A stretch of 64,000 nucleotides of DNA from Cyanidioschyzon merolae (Eukaryota), in the NCBI GenBank assembly GCA_000091205.1, contig AP006490.2; one strand, written 5' to 3'. The notes beneath the pieces are model-generated. The model was not told the origin of the DNA and did no database searches. It was given only the letters and a program-made list of their open reading frames with translations. Position numbers and translations under genes: made by a program. This document shows positions 1 through 11,403 of the stretch, piece by piece (within the stretch, counting starts at the first letter, position 1; each line of letters opens with the position of its first letter).

Positions 1-228
1 CCCAGAGGCGTCCCGTGATCACGGGGTACTCCAGCGGGCGCGGCAACGGAGCGGGGGCATCCACGGAATCCTTCCGTGCTCGTCGAGGGCATGGATCGAC
101 TGTTAGCACAGGCGTTCATGTGTCACAGGGCGGTGTTCAGAAGAGGAGATGCGGCGAACGCGTGAGAACACCAGACCCCAGTCAAGCGCTGCGGATGCAT
201 ATGGCGCACTGAGGCCGTCTACAACGAG
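1..228. repeat. Dispersed repeat, copy A; near-identical to 16628-16855. The window starts inside it, so its left boundary is unknown.
   Basis: Bases 1-228 align base-for-base (about 98-99%) with 16628-16855. Flanks diverge after 'ggccgtctacaacg'. ORFs 15..212 and 16588..16842 translate almost identically. Confidence 0.8.
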
Positions 229-709
229 AAATACATGGACCTAAACAGACAACATAGCACAGTTTGAAGCAGTCATGACGCGCCAACGTGCCGTGCGTAT
301 GCGTCGCAGCAGCTCAGCGCCCAATGTTTTCCGCGTTACGAAATCGACGTTTCTTATCCTGGCAACCCTGGATGTGCGCTGGTTATCGATAGCTATGGAC
401 GCTCCAGCGTAGACCGCCTCAGCGCTGGCTAGTAGACGCTATCGTCACGAGAGCGCCTACCGCCGCAGCACACTTGTTTGACAGATCTGAATCTTATTGT
501 AACATTACGTATAAAAATATATCTTATGGTCACGGGTGCATTGCGGCGGCGGCGATCGTCGGCGTCGATGCCCCTTGTCTCCCGTAGCCTGCATCGGCAG
601 CCTGTCTGGCGTTTGCACGAGCTTTGTTTCGAGCGCGCTGCACCACCCTAGGACACGAGGTGTCGACAACGTACCTCGTTCCGTGAGCAGTGTCTAGAGA
701 TCGAACGTC

Positions 710-1606
710 ATGGCGTTCGTCAAAGTCGTCAAAAACAAGGCATACTTCAAGCGGTTCCAAGTCAAGCCTCGACGCCGGCGGGAAGGGAAGACTGACTACC
801 ACGCTCGAAGGGCCTTGATCATCGTTGACAAAACCAAGTATAACACCCCAAAGTATCGTCTTGTCGTTAGGATTACGAACTCGGATGTGATCTGCCAGAT
901 TGTAACGGCTCGTGTTGAAGGAGACAAAGTGATAGCAGCGGCGTACGCGCACGAGCTCCCTCGTTATGGCATCAAGGTTGGTCTGACGAACTTTGCTGCA
1001 GCCTATGCCACTGGTTTACTCGTAGCCCGGCGGACGCTGACGATTCTCGGGCTTGCCGATGCATACCAGGGTAAGGTTGAGGCGGACGGCGAGCTTTACC
1101 AGGTGGAGCCGGTCGGGGAGACCCGCCCCTTCCGAGCGGTGCTGGACGTCGGGCTCGTGCGAACGACGACTGGCCATCGGGTGTTCGCGGCGATGAAAGG
1201 CGCGGTTGATGGAGGAATCGATATTCCACACAGCGAGAAACGTTTCCCAAAGTATAAGAAGGGATCCGAGTTCGACCCTGAGGAGCTGAAAGCACGCATA
1301 TATGGTAACCACGTGGCCGACTACATGCGAATGCTACGAGAGGAAGATCCCGAAAAGTACCAGCGGCAGTTCTCTCGTTATATTCAAGCAGGAATTGATC
1401 CCGATCAGTTGGAGGACATGTATCGGGAGGCCCATCGACGCATCCGAGAAGATCCACGCGCGGTTCTAACCGACAAGTCTCGTGTAACGAAGCGCCCACG
1501 AAAGACACCTAAGTTGAGTCGCGAAGAGAAGCAGGCGCGGCTGGCGGCGCGGTTAGCAGCGCTCGCCCGCTCTGGCGCCACGGAATCGATGGTAACCGTT
1601 TCATGA
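710..1606 (+). CDS. RPL5: 60S ribosomal protein L5 (uL18), full length, no intron
   Basis: 298-aa ORF '[34 protein letters not shown]...' is collinear with the eukaryotic L5/uL18 family. The basic C-terminal tail is present. Confidence 0.92.
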   Translation: MAFVKVVKNKAYFKRFQVKPRRRREGKTDYHARRALIIVDKTKYNTPKYRLVVRITNSDVICQIVTARVEGDKVIAAAYAHELPRYGIKVGLTNFAAAYATGLLVARRTLTILGLADAYQGKVEADGELYQVEPVGETRPFRAVLDVGLVRTTTGHRVFAAMKGAVDGGIDIPHSEKRFPKYKKGSEFDPEELKARIYGNHVADYMRMLREEDPEKYQRQFSRYIQAGIDPDQLEDMYREAHRRIREDPRAVLTDKSRVTKRPRKTPKLSREEKQARLAARLAALARSGATESMVTVS

Positions 1607-2586
1607 AATGGCAACACAGGCGTACCAAAAATGCTTACCGACGAGCACGGTCAGTCGGGTCGCGCGCTTCACCAAGGACAATGCGCAGCTAGCGCAACTC
1701 CCAAAACCGCACCAGACGCAGCGAAAGCTAAAGGAGTATCGTTGCCGTTCAAGAAGCTCGAGATGCTCCTTCTGTGTATCCAAGTTTTCAGCGCAGCCGC
1801 AACCTCGTCACAAACGGTACTCGATTCAGAGCGCAAAGACGCAGATTGCCATAGTACTTGAGCGCTCGTAAACCTGCCTGCTTTACGAGCCTACAACGAA
1901 CGCACATGGAATAGCCTTGAGCATGCCGCCTCCAGCGCTGTGGTGAAGAGCCCGATACGCGGTAGCGACTCCGATCGATGGACGCACACTGCTAGTCTAC
2001 AGCATCCAGCCAGGTTAGCTGAATCGATTGCTTGATCTACTGATTGACCGATTGATTGATTCTGTACGCCCGTCCGGAATACTCATGCGGCGCTGGTGGA
2101 ATCTAGAAGCGTCCGCAGACCAAAAGACGATGCTTTGACCGGTTCAGGAGCACGCGCATCTCGCGGGAATTCTGGGTATTTCCATCCATACGGTACCGTT
2201 CGAAAAACGCATCTATGCGGTGATTCTCAATGGTGCACGATCCAAACATATTTGTTGAGACTGCCGCGAGCGCTTGCAGTGCTTTCGAGAGCCTCGAAAG
2301 ACACCAGCGTAACTCGATAGGAAGAAAGCTGCGTTCGACAAACATCAGCCGGCATTCCCGCTGCGAAACTAGGTTCGCTCGATCCAGCTGCCTTTCTGGT
2401 GTCGAGCACGACGCAGGCGCTTGTCCCAGCACCGGATGCACTGTTGCCATAGTCGCGCTATGCAACTAGGACGTTGTTTCGGTACCGTAGAGGGGGTGTC
2501 GGGTCGCGGATCCAGGGGCGATACCCCTGTTTGGAATACCCCACCACGAAGCCGGTGCTGTCGTCGGGTATCCCCACAGGACACCC

Positions 2587-3450
2587 TTAGTTCAGCGGGA
2601 GCAGCGAGGCACGCAACTTCTCGATGTACGCCTGTGGACGTGGAACGTAGCCTGCACGGTGCTGCTCTACTGCTGCCAAATACTCAGAAAGAGGCATCCA
2701 TCGAACCTGCTCCACCTCTTCTTTTTGAAGGAGAAAAGTGTGCGACGTCGCTGACGTGCCGAGCGCATCGGCTTCATCGGCGTTGGCGGTGGCGGTAGCG
2801 GCCCCTGGGATGCACACAACGTAAACGCTCTGAACCTCGCGGTCCCGGAGGTGATCGTCGACGTACTCGCTCCGTACAGTAAACAAGAGTTCCGGCTCGA
2901 CGCTCCCAATACCGAGTTCTTCTTCGAGTTCCCGCTTAGCAGCTGTCGAGAGGTCGTGTTCGCCACTATGCAAGTGCCCAGCAGCAGACACATCCCAACA
3001 GAGCGGGTGCGTATCCTTAGCCGCACTTCGGAGCTGGAGGAGCACTGCATCAGACGCGGGGTCGTACAACCATACGTGCACCGCGCGATGCCAGTCGCCG
3101 TCCCGATGAACCTCGTGCCGCAACTTTTTCCCGACAATTGTATGCAAGTCAGTCTGGTCGAGAACATCGAACCACTCGGGCTTGCTGGTACCTCTATGAC
3201 GTATGTCGGTGTAGTGGCCGCGTAAGCCGCGAGCACCGCACGAGCGCTGCACGCGGTAAAAGCCACGCCACGACAAACCTGACAGCAAACCGCACCTTGC
3301 AGGAAGACTCGCCGGACCTGAAACACCGACACCCGACAGCTGCACAAAACCTGCTTGCATAAAAGCGGATCGGAAACCAAAACCCGGAGCTCGTTCCAGG
3401 CCAAACAAGCGCTCAGTTCCACAGTAGGGCAGTTGCAGCAACGCCAGCAC
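2587..3450 (-). CDS. Nudix hydrolase family protein; true start is probably an internal Met
   Basis: Nudix box G-x5-E-x7-REUxEExGU is visible as 'GHLHSGEHDLSTAAKRELEEELGI'. The ORF is 287 aa. Confidence 0.72.
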   Translation of the reverse strand: MLALLQLPYCGTERLFGLERAPGFGFRSAFMQAGFVQLSGVGVSGPASLPARCGLLSGLSWRGFYRVQRSCGARGLRGHYTDIRHRGTSKPEWFDVLDQTDLHTIVGKKLRHEVHRDGDWHRAVHVWLYDPASDAVLLQLRSAAKDTHPLCWDVSAAGHLHSGEHDLSTAAKRELEEELGIGSVEPELLFTVRSEYVDDHLRDREVQSVYVVCIPGAATATANADEADALGTSATSHTFLLQKEEVEQVRWMPLSEYLAAVEQHRAGYVPRPQAYIEKLRASLLPLN

Positions 3451-3550
3451 GCTGGCACGAAGTTTTCGCGCACTCGTCGGTGGTGCCTCCTGTTACCAGA
3501 TAACGGCAGCGTTGTAGCGCGAGAGCCGATACCTCGGTAACGACGCGCTC

Positions 3551-4507
3551 ATGCTCCGTCAACTGTCACTGGTCGTGACAAGTAGATCAACGAGCTCAAG
3601 GCTCTTCGTCTCTCTAACCAAGAGAAGAGGACTGGCGTCGGCGGGAAACGACGGCACCGAAGAACCGCCCAAGTCGCCGAAACCCCAGGTACCACCGGCT
3701 GACGTCCTCGACGAGGACCTGCTCACCGAGTTGTTCGCTGCTGATGAAGACCTGCGCAGGCTTGAGAAGCAGCGCCAGCTTGAAAGCGTCCAAGAAGAGG
3801 GTCAACGGCGTCAGGAGCAGGTCTCACCTGCTGCTACCTTCTTTGGTCCAGCGTTCGCAACGGACCTGGCGCCGGCGGAGGTAGCGGCGTTGCTCACGGA
3901 GCTGGAGAAGCGCATTACGCAGGACGTCGACCCGGATACGAAAACACCTGTATCCAGACTACACGTTTCACTGTTACCCCTGCTGCACTATGGAACTCGT
4001 CTCACGACGCATCGTATGTACGTTGCGGGGCACGAGCTGGGCGAGCACCCGATGGAACACAAAGCCTCCCTCGAGGTCGATACCGACGCACTCGTGCAAC
4101 GCGGCCTGATATCGCAGAGCTTGCGTAGAGCGATGGAGGTTATCGCGGGGCAGCGCTTTCAACCGCCGTCATGCATACGTCTAACATGTGGTCGTTTCGC
4201 AAGTCGTGCGGAAAACGTCCGCTGGCTTCTTTATGTTTTCGACTCGCTGGTACAACACGCACGCTACGCAGTAGGCGAATGGGACAGACAGCAGCTCCAG
4301 CGATGGCGGTATCCAGGCGGTACCGCGGATGCTCCATCATCACACGAGATGGACTGGTTGCAGTCGCGCTGGGACGCGTCCTCTGAGCGCCAATTGAACG
4401 GATATCTGGAAGGTCTGCCTCAGATCCTGGTCAACGAGCGGCAACGCTGGTTGCGTATTGATCGCGATCTCGGTGAGCCTTTTCCCTATCCAGGAAGCGA
4501 GCCCTGA
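3551..4507 (+). CDS. Hypothetical protein; N-terminus resembles a mitochondrial presequence (Arg/Ser-rich)
   Basis: 318-aa uninterrupted ORF in a GC-rich context. No motif recognised. Confidence 0.4.
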   Translation: MLRQLSLVVTSRSTSSRLFVSLTKRRGLASAGNDGTEEPPKSPKPQVPPADVLDEDLLTELFAADEDLRRLEKQRQLESVQEEGQRRQEQVSPAATFFGPAFATDLAPAEVAALLTELEKRITQDVDPDTKTPVSRLHVSLLPLLHYGTRLTTHRMYVAGHELGEHPMEHKASLEVDTDALVQRGLISQSLRRAMEVIAGQRFQPPSCIRLTCGRFASRAENVRWLLYVFDSLVQHARYAVGEWDRQQLQRWRYPGGTADAPSSHEMDWLQSRWDASSERQLNGYLEGLPQILVNERQRWLRIDRDLGEPFPYPGSEP

Positions 4508-4607
4508 GGCCCCGCTCCGAACCGCGCCGATATCGACCAGTGCCGGTGATCCAGGCGCGGCGTTCAATGACGATGATGAGACGATGATGATGGCGAAGCG
4601 ATCCGTC

Positions 4608-7052
4608 CTAGAGCGACGATGCTGGTGCCGTGTCTCGATGACCGTTGGGTTGTTCTCGGTCGAGTCGGCGTTGGTAGAAGAGAATATATGCAGAGGGCGA
4701 TACAATGCGTTTCGCGACCTCCTCTGGATCTTCGGGAAGCGCAGAGACGTAGGCATCATCGAAGTAGAACCAACGTGAACACGAAGCCCGATAGCAAGAC
4801 GCCGTGTAGTGGCCGCTACCAAGGCCGCCCATGTGATGGCTCACCGCATACAGGTCGTAGACGACGCGGTTGCCCGCAAAATCCAGCTCCAAATTGCGGA
4901 GCGGAAACTCTACGAGCACATCGAGTTTGTCCCGGAACCATGACGTGTACTGGAAACGCTTCAAATGAATGATAAGAATCGATGGTGCTCGATAGAGCGA
5001 CAGCTGCTTCCAGGCGCGTTGGTGCTTCTTGCACCGCGGACAATACCACAGATTGTCGTCATCGAGTTGCTCGGTTTCACTCCACAGATGGAGACACTGG
5101 TGGAGATCGATGGCGCCGTTCGAGTTCCGCCGATTGCCTCCGTTCGATTCACTGGCAGGGTTCAGTGCCAGAAAGCGATCGACCTGGGCAGCGTCTTCTG
5201 CGCGATGCCACTCCAGCTCGAACAAGAGCGCGCTATGCGGTGTGTGCGTTCGCGGACGAAGCGTATAGGCGTCAGCGTCGAGTTGCGGGAGTGCGCCTCG
5301 TAAACGCTCGTTGATCGACTTGCAGACTGAACGTTCATCGAGCGCATCCTGGGGTAGCGTGAACAGCAGGGGAATGCCAACGGGATCCCGATTCGGGCTG
5401 TACTGGTGTACTTCAACGAGTTTGGCGTCAGCGCCTGGGATCGCACCATTACCACACGCGGTTGCTCGCACCGCTTCCGGAATGGCGCTGAGAAGGCCTT
5501 TGCTTCCGCTCTGTGATCGCGTTCCGCGGCCCTCAAGCTGGGCCAAGGCGTCAGGGTCCTCAACTTGGATCGCTGCCAACTCCTCGACATCGCTCGCTTT
5601 CTCGATGCGTCTGCGGGCGGCTACGAGGCAACTCGTATCGAGGGCCAGACTCGCAGCCCCGCAATCCACCACAGCTATATCATCAGCATCGATGCCGGCT
5701 ACTTGCTGGAGTCGCTCTTTGAGCATGCGAATATTCGCCCGCCGTGGGATGCGCAAATCCAAACACTGTGGTGGCTTTCGATTCTGCATGTCGTCTAGAG
5801 TCCACAGTCGAATGGTGACCAGGCGTTCGCGTCGTCCTGGCAGTGGCAATGACAGATACATGAAGGGATCGTGTGTTACGCTGATTTTGTCGCATTCGGG
5901 ACACTGCACTCGAGAGCGGTACTGGCCGTGGAACAAATCGACGATAACCGAGTCATTTCGCGCCTTGTGATATCGCCATGCTTCATCCGGTGGAACGTCT
6001 TGGTCGGGATCCAGCGGTATGTACGGTTTTCGCCGTACTCGATTAAGGTCTTCGTGCAGACCGTCTAGCAGGAAAGTTATCCATTCTTGCGCATCGTGCT
6101 GGCCGTATCCCGAGAACTGGGGTGCATATCGAGAGACCTGGTACTTGAAGCGCCGCGGCGCCACCGTTCCCTGGCTCGTCGACCATAACTGGCGTACGAG
6201 CGCCGCGAACTCCTCCGCCAGCACACCGCCCGTTCCCAGTGGGTTGCTGCGGTTGAGATCCTTTCGATATTCGCCGGAGAGAAAGAACTCAGCCAACGGC
6301 ACTGTAGATGCCAAGCACTGAATAGCCGAATTCATGAAGCATGTGTTTCCCAGGTTACTGAGGCCAACAAGGCCTGTCGCCCGAGTTGCAGCGATCGCGT
6401 TTGTCTCTGTGGAGAGTTTTCGTACCCTCGCCCGTCGAAGACTCTCTTCACTCGAATACAATTCCGTATTATCCGTGATCATCGCATCGCGTACGGTGCC
6501 AGTAGCAGGTAGCGGCTCGGCGGAGTCCGCTAAGAAGAGCGGACCAGCGTGGAGACTCTGGATATCTGCCTCCTGGGAGATAAACCGCTCTTCGCCGTCG
6601 ACTAGGACACGCAGTGGGCGAACTTCAACAAGACCGTTGCTCATCAGAGGCAGCGGGTCTGGAAGCGGTGCGTCTGTGCCGTATTCCTCGGCGAGTTGCC
6701 GGTACTCGGAGTCCGGAATCAGTATAAAGTCCTCGTATTCAACGAGACCCGCGCGCAGGAGCTGGGGCCGCTGTGGATCCGTTAGTGTTGAAATAGGCAT
6801 CGCCTCCGGGTGTTCAACACGCTGTTGGACCTGCTCACGGTACCAAGTCGCTGGTACAGCCCCGTAATAGCGCGTTGGTGCAGCGCCGTTGTGCTTGGGG
6901 CCGGCGGGCTCCGCCTCGGTAGGCGCCTCGTGCGTGCAGCCGCCGTCACCAACAGGGGAAGCGCGCACTGCCCCGTTCAAGTCCGTTGCACTTTCCTGAC
7001 GTGCTGCACTCGCATTTGGTCGCTTGCTTTCCGGTTCCTGATAAAGTGTCAT
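4608..7052 (-). CDS. Ubiquitin carboxyl-terminal hydrolase (USP/UBP family deubiquitinase) with a DUSP-like N-terminal region
   Basis: Cys box 'GLSNLGNTCFMNSAIQCL' and His box 'YDLYAVSHHMGGLGSGHYTASC' are present. The ORF is 814 aa. Confidence 0.9.
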   Translation of the reverse strand: MTLYQEPESKRPNASAARQESATDLNGAVRASPVGDGGCTHEAPTEAEPAGPKHNGAAPTRYYGAVPATWYREQVQQRVEHPEAMPISTLTDPQRPQLLRAGLVEYEDFILIPDSEYRQLAEEYGTDAPLPDPLPLMSNGLVEVRPLRVLVDGEERFISQEADIQSLHAGPLFLADSAEPLPATGTVRDAMITDNTELYSSEESLRRARVRKLSTETNAIAATRATGLVGLSNLGNTCFMNSAIQCLASTVPLAEFFLSGEYRKDLNRSNPLGTGGVLAEEFAALVRQLWSTSQGTVAPRRFKYQVSRYAPQFSGYGQHDAQEWITFLLDGLHEDLNRVRRKPYIPLDPDQDVPPDEAWRYHKARNDSVIVDLFHGQYRSRVQCPECDKISVTHDPFMYLSLPLPGRRERLVTIRLWTLDDMQNRKPPQCLDLRIPRRANIRMLKERLQQVAGIDADDIAVVDCGAASLALDTSCLVAARRRIEKASDVEELAAIQVEDPDALAQLEGRGTRSQSGSKGLLSAIPEAVRATACGNGAIPGADAKLVEVHQYSPNRDPVGIPLLFTLPQDALDERSVCKSINERLRGALPQLDADAYTLRPRTHTPHSALLFELEWHRAEDAAQVDRFLALNPASESNGGNRRNSNGAIDLHQCLHLWSETEQLDDDNLWYCPRCKKHQRAWKQLSLYRAPSILIIHLKRFQYTSWFRDKLDVLVEFPLRNLELDFAGNRVVYDLYAVSHHMGGLGSGHYTASCYRASCSRWFYFDDAYVSALPEDPEEVAKRIVSPSAYILFYQRRLDREQPNGHRDTAPASSL

Positions 7053-7797
7053 ACTTCAGTACGCAGTTTATCACACCCGTGTGTGTCTGCAACGTCGAGC
7101 AACACAGCGTTCGCTGAGACGGCTACGCAAGCGCCCCGCGACTGGAGGAGTCCCTCTGCCAACGCAGGCGGCTCGTACGCGTGGCGTGTCGTCTGGGGCG
7201 GCAGCGGCTTCGCGAAACGCGCGTCGATGCCCTGTTGCCGCCGCGCTACACAGCGCGTCCGCACAAGCGATCTGCGGCAGCGGCCTGCGGAGCGCGGGTG
7301 CTGATCAGCGAATCGTCCAATGGATCTCTATGTCCACTTATAACAAACATGTATAGATACGTTCTACGTTAGACAACTTGTTAAGCGGATGCTGCCGTGG
7401 GCTTCCCTGTCCGTCTAGCACCATAATATACATTTATATTCTATATTGTATAGTTGTTTTAGAGCGTTCATGCCTGGATGGAGCATGCGCCTCGGTGTCG
7501 CGGCGTGCGGGCAACAGCGCGCGCCCGCTGCCTGTGGCAGCCTGCGCACAGATGGCAGCTGCAGCCACGGCCGCAGGTATGCGCCACCATGGACCGGTCG
7601 GTACGCTATACCGTACACGTTGACGCGCAAGCGATATACGGTGCAGGTGCGAAAAGCGTATTGCACCTGCACGAAGGGAGCTTGGCTACGGTTCCATTCA
7701 GGTGGTCGGGCTGGTTCGGTAGTGGGCGCGGACTGACGTCTGAGGATAGGTTCTCCTGTTGCTGCGTCGGTTGTCCAAAAGGGAACGCGCCTGTGCT

Positions 7798-8889
7798 ATG
7801 AGCTCGGCAGACTCCCGAGAGCATAAGCGGCTTGCCAACTTTTTGGCTGGTGCACTGTCGGGGCTAACGACCACGTTGGCGCTTCAACCGCTAGATGTCG
7901 TGAAGACGCGCATGCAACAGACGATGCTGTTCTCGAAGACCGTCGGGCTGCTGGACGAGAGCCGCGTTCGGTTCGATCCGAACCGCGCCCAGCTGCGGAA
8001 GCCGCCTTTTCGCCCAGGCAAGGCCTGGCGAGCTGCCCGCAGTGTCGTTGAAGAAAACGGTTTACTGGGTCTTTGGCGGGGCACAACGCCTACAATCCTG
8101 CGGAACATGATGGGCGTAGGCGTTTACTTTGTGACGCTAAACCAGCTCGCTACTCGCCTACGAGGCTCGGATCCGGAGCTTGCCCCACAATATGCGCTCC
8201 TGGCCGGTGCAACTGCCCGCTCCGTTTCCGCGACGCTGCTTTGCCCGCTGACCGTCATCAAGGCGCGATTCGAAGCTGCCGGGCCGCGCGAGTACCGACA
8301 TGTGTTTGATGCTCTCTACAAGATCGGTCGCTACGAGGGTATTCGGGGACTGTTCTCGGGGCTTTTGCCAACGGTTCTACGCGACGCCCCGTACTCGGCG
8401 CTTTATGTATTCATTTACTTGCGAACTCGCGATCGCGCCCAGGAACTCGCTCCCAATGTGAACAGCATGGTGATTAGTTTCACTTCGGGGTTTGTTGGTG
8501 GCGGCCTCAGCACGCTTCTGACTCAACCACAAGACGTTGTGAAAACTCGAATGCAGCTCGCTCGACATGTCGAACTAGAGCGCGATCAGTACGCAACGGT
8601 ACGAATGGCCATTAGACGCATCTGGCGCGAGGAAGGCATGTTCGGGTTTTTCCGAGGAGCATCGCCGCGAATACTAAAACGTTGCCTGGGATCCGCCATT
8701 ACGTGGATGATATACGAAGAGGTCGTCGTGGTGATCGACAGGTTGCTCGGGGCAGCGATTCCGGCGCCGGGAACATCGCCCGCTGCATTAGGTACGAGTG
8801 CGGACACCAAGACACGGCATGGTGGCACACGCCAGACTGCCGCTGCCGCCGCCGCCGTTGTTGGCTCGCCAGGTGCTTCGCAACGATGA
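7798..8889 (+). CDS. Mitochondrial carrier family (SLC25) protein; the ORF extends upstream to 7759
   Basis: Three carrier repeats carry P-x-D/E-x-x-K/R signatures: 'PLDVVKTRMQ', 'PLTVIKARFE', 'PQDVVKTRMQ'. About six TM helices, plus a low-complexity C-terminal tail. Confidence 0.85.
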   Translation: MSSADSREHKRLANFLAGALSGLTTTLALQPLDVVKTRMQQTMLFSKTVGLLDESRVRFDPNRAQLRKPPFRPGKAWRAARSVVEENGLLGLWRGTTPTILRNMMGVGVYFVTLNQLATRLRGSDPELAPQYALLAGATARSVSATLLCPLTVIKARFEAAGPREYRHVFDALYKIGRYEGIRGLFSGLLPTVLRDAPYSALYVFIYLRTRDRAQELAPNVNSMVISFTSGFVGGGLSTLLTQPQDVVKTRMQLARHVELERDQYATVRMAIRRIWREEGMFGFFRGASPRILKRCLGSAITWMIYEEVVVVIDRLLGAAIPAPGTSPAALGTSADTKTRHGGTRQTAAAAAAVVGSPGASQR

Positions 8890-9368
8890 CTGGCGAATCG
8901 TCCGTATCCAAAAACGTTGCAAACCTCCTTGATTCTACCAGGATGGGACGTGCACGCCCCAAGTTTGTGATTTGAAAGGAAATCAAAGCTCTGTGTACAT
9001 ATATGAATAGGAAATAGACCCACTCTCGATCGCTCCGACAGGCAACTCTTTCCCAGAGACCATTCATAGGTGCGAATCGGATGTCCCTGTCGCAGCAATA
9101 CCCCAAATACGTGGCATCCGCGGAACGAAAGCTGGGCGCTGTTCGAGCGATACGCAGCGTAGAGCGACCCGCTTACGGAATTATCGATACACGGATTCCT
9201 GCTCGATGCGGATAACTGGTTCACGTTTCTGCACAATTCCGTGCCTATGCGCTTGTTACACGATGCAATATGATCGCGACAAACGCACGGCTACGTGCAA
9301 CATATCAGCCGCAGAGGGATTCTCATGAATCGCTTCCACTTCCACACCCGAGTCCAGCGAGCGTTCGT

Positions 9369-9872
9369 CTACGTACTGGGCACGAAGTCGAGCAGTTCGA
9401 CCTCGAACTCGAGTGCTGCCGACGGAGGAATCACGCCGGGTATCCCGCGCTCGCCATACGCCTCACTGGGATCGCAGTAAATCCGAGCAAGTTCGCCTCT
9501 ATGCATGGAACTTATCGCGCGATCCCAGCAGGGAATCACTTGACCGATTCCGAGTTCGAAGGTAAAAGGCTTCCCTCGTTTGTATGAAGAGTCAAACTCC
9601 CGACCGGTATTGACAATAAAGCCGCGATAGTGCACAGTAACGATGCTATTCGCGGCGGGCTGCGAGCTCCTCGGGTCGCTGCCGGCGGCAGGTTCACCGG
9701 GTCGTAAAACCCGCTTTCGAACTCGTCTCGAAACGATCACGAAGTTGGTCACTCGGTTGAGTAGAATGATGAAACACACAACGACAAGGACCACGCGTAC
9801 GGTGTTTGCTCGCGTCCAGAAGCGGTTTGCAGTGCGCGCGGCGCTGGACGTGCCCCGCACAACCGAGGCCAT
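9369..9872 (-). CDS. FKBP-type peptidyl-prolyl cis-trans isomerase with an N-terminal hydrophobic anchor
   Basis: C-terminal FKBP domain 'VHYRGFIVNTGREFDSSYKRGKPFTFELGIGQVIPCWDRAI...GIPGVIPPSAALEFEVELLDF'. N-terminal TM-like 'VRVVLVVVCFIILL'. Confidence 0.8.
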   Translation of the reverse strand: MASVVRGTSSAARTANRFWTRANTVRVVLVVVCFIILLNRVTNFVIVSRRVRKRVLRPGEPAAGSDPRSSQPAANSIVTVHYRGFIVNTGREFDSSYKRGKPFTFELGIGQVIPCWDRAISSMHRGELARIYCDPSEAYGERGIPGVIPPSAALEFEVELLDFVPST

Positions 9873-11403
9873 CAGTGGAGGCGAATGAACTGGAACACGT
9901 CTCCTTCGCGACTGTTGAAGCTGTACTTATAGCAAAGCTTAGATGTTACGGATATATCTATGAAAATCGTTCTCTCGTACTTGTTCTTTTTCTAGTTGAA
10001 CACGGGGCACGCTTTCTGCAGTGGCAGATTCGCCTGGAGTCGTTGGTAGCGAACAACGCGGCGCGAGCGCAATGGTGTTTGCATTCGGATGCACTCGGAA
10101 GGATGGACAAGCCGGTGCAGGTGAGGTGTTTCTGGGCTACGACCTTGGCGTACTCTCGCTGAGCGTTTTCCAGTGGTCGCAGTATGCGCTTCCGTGCCGA
10201 CATTGGGAGCTTACGCTCGAGATTGTTTCATGTGAGACCTGTTATTCCCGCTGGGCAGAGCGTTCGCACGACAGTCGCATCCAACGTGACACATCGAGCA
10301 GACGCCCCTGCACACGAGGGTACTTTATAGTCGTTCTGTCTCCGCGCGGTGCGCACAGCAAGCACTCGGCATTCAGAGGGTCGTACGAACGGACCACGAC
10401 CCCCAAAGGCAAGTCTGGGTGACGGCTGCTGGCCCGCTGAGCTCTAGCGCTGGTTGATGCCTGCTTTCCTAGATGTCGATAGCTGACGCGCACTCGATGC
10501 TCCCTGCATAGATATAACGAGCCTGCACATTGAAGACTCCAAGGTAGCTCAGCGCTGGTGATAATGGAATTGGTCCTGATAATATGCCTCTTGTCTGGAG
10601 GCGTGCGTCGTACAACTCGTCTATGGAATGCACGCATATCTGGATCGGTCTCTTTCATGGTGTTTACATCTGTCCACAATGGACGCTATACGATGCCACG
10701 TGCGCTGCGCTTATCGAATCCATAACTCCACACGAATTCTGGGGTGCTTGCCTGCCTGCCTGCTGCCGGTAACCAGGGAGCAGTCCTCCGTTTCTCTGCG
10801 GACGATTCCGGAGTTCACGCGCTCCGGTCCACGATGTCCATCTAAAATCGCGGCTCGATGGATCCAGCAATGTTGTGGGTACCGAGCCTGTCGAGGGCGT
10901 TCGTCGCGGTGACGGATACGACAACGCAGTTTCCGTGTGGAGACGGCATCGCCGACGACGACGACGACGCCATATGGGCATGCGGCACCTCTAGTTGTAT
11001 GCGCTGCCGTCATTCCACCCAGACAGCTAGGTGCATTTCTGCATAGGAACGTTGCGTGCTCGTTTCAAACCGTGGTGCATTACGCGCGGACGCTCCTCCC
11101 GATGCGATCAAAAAGGCTGTCGCATTCACGATACCTGCTGGATCTATGGTCAATCGGTGAGCGCGCTCTGCCCACCGGAATCGAACAGGTTCCTGCATGA
11201 ACGATGCGTGGTGGACACGTCGCAAGCGGAACAGATCATGTGGATTAGTTTCCAGGGGTTCAATGCAGGTTTCAGTGGGCGCGTGGCCGTCCGTTCGCGC
11301 CCATGCCAAAGCGAGGAGCTGCTGGTGTCCCGTGCGCTCACGATGCAAGCCTCCACAAACGAGACGAAGCTTCACGGCGCGAAACGCATGTTTATATGGC
11401 CTG

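Noticed and set aside
2667-3473. 268-aa minus-strand ORF overlapping the Nudix gene
   Set aside because: It is an alternative frame of the same strand, Cys-rich and low complexity. The Nudix box is in the other frame.
6334-7304. Plus-strand ORFs of 177 and 164 aa antisense to the deubiquitinase gene
   Set aside because: These are antisense frames of a well-supported CDS, with Ser/Arg-rich artefact composition.
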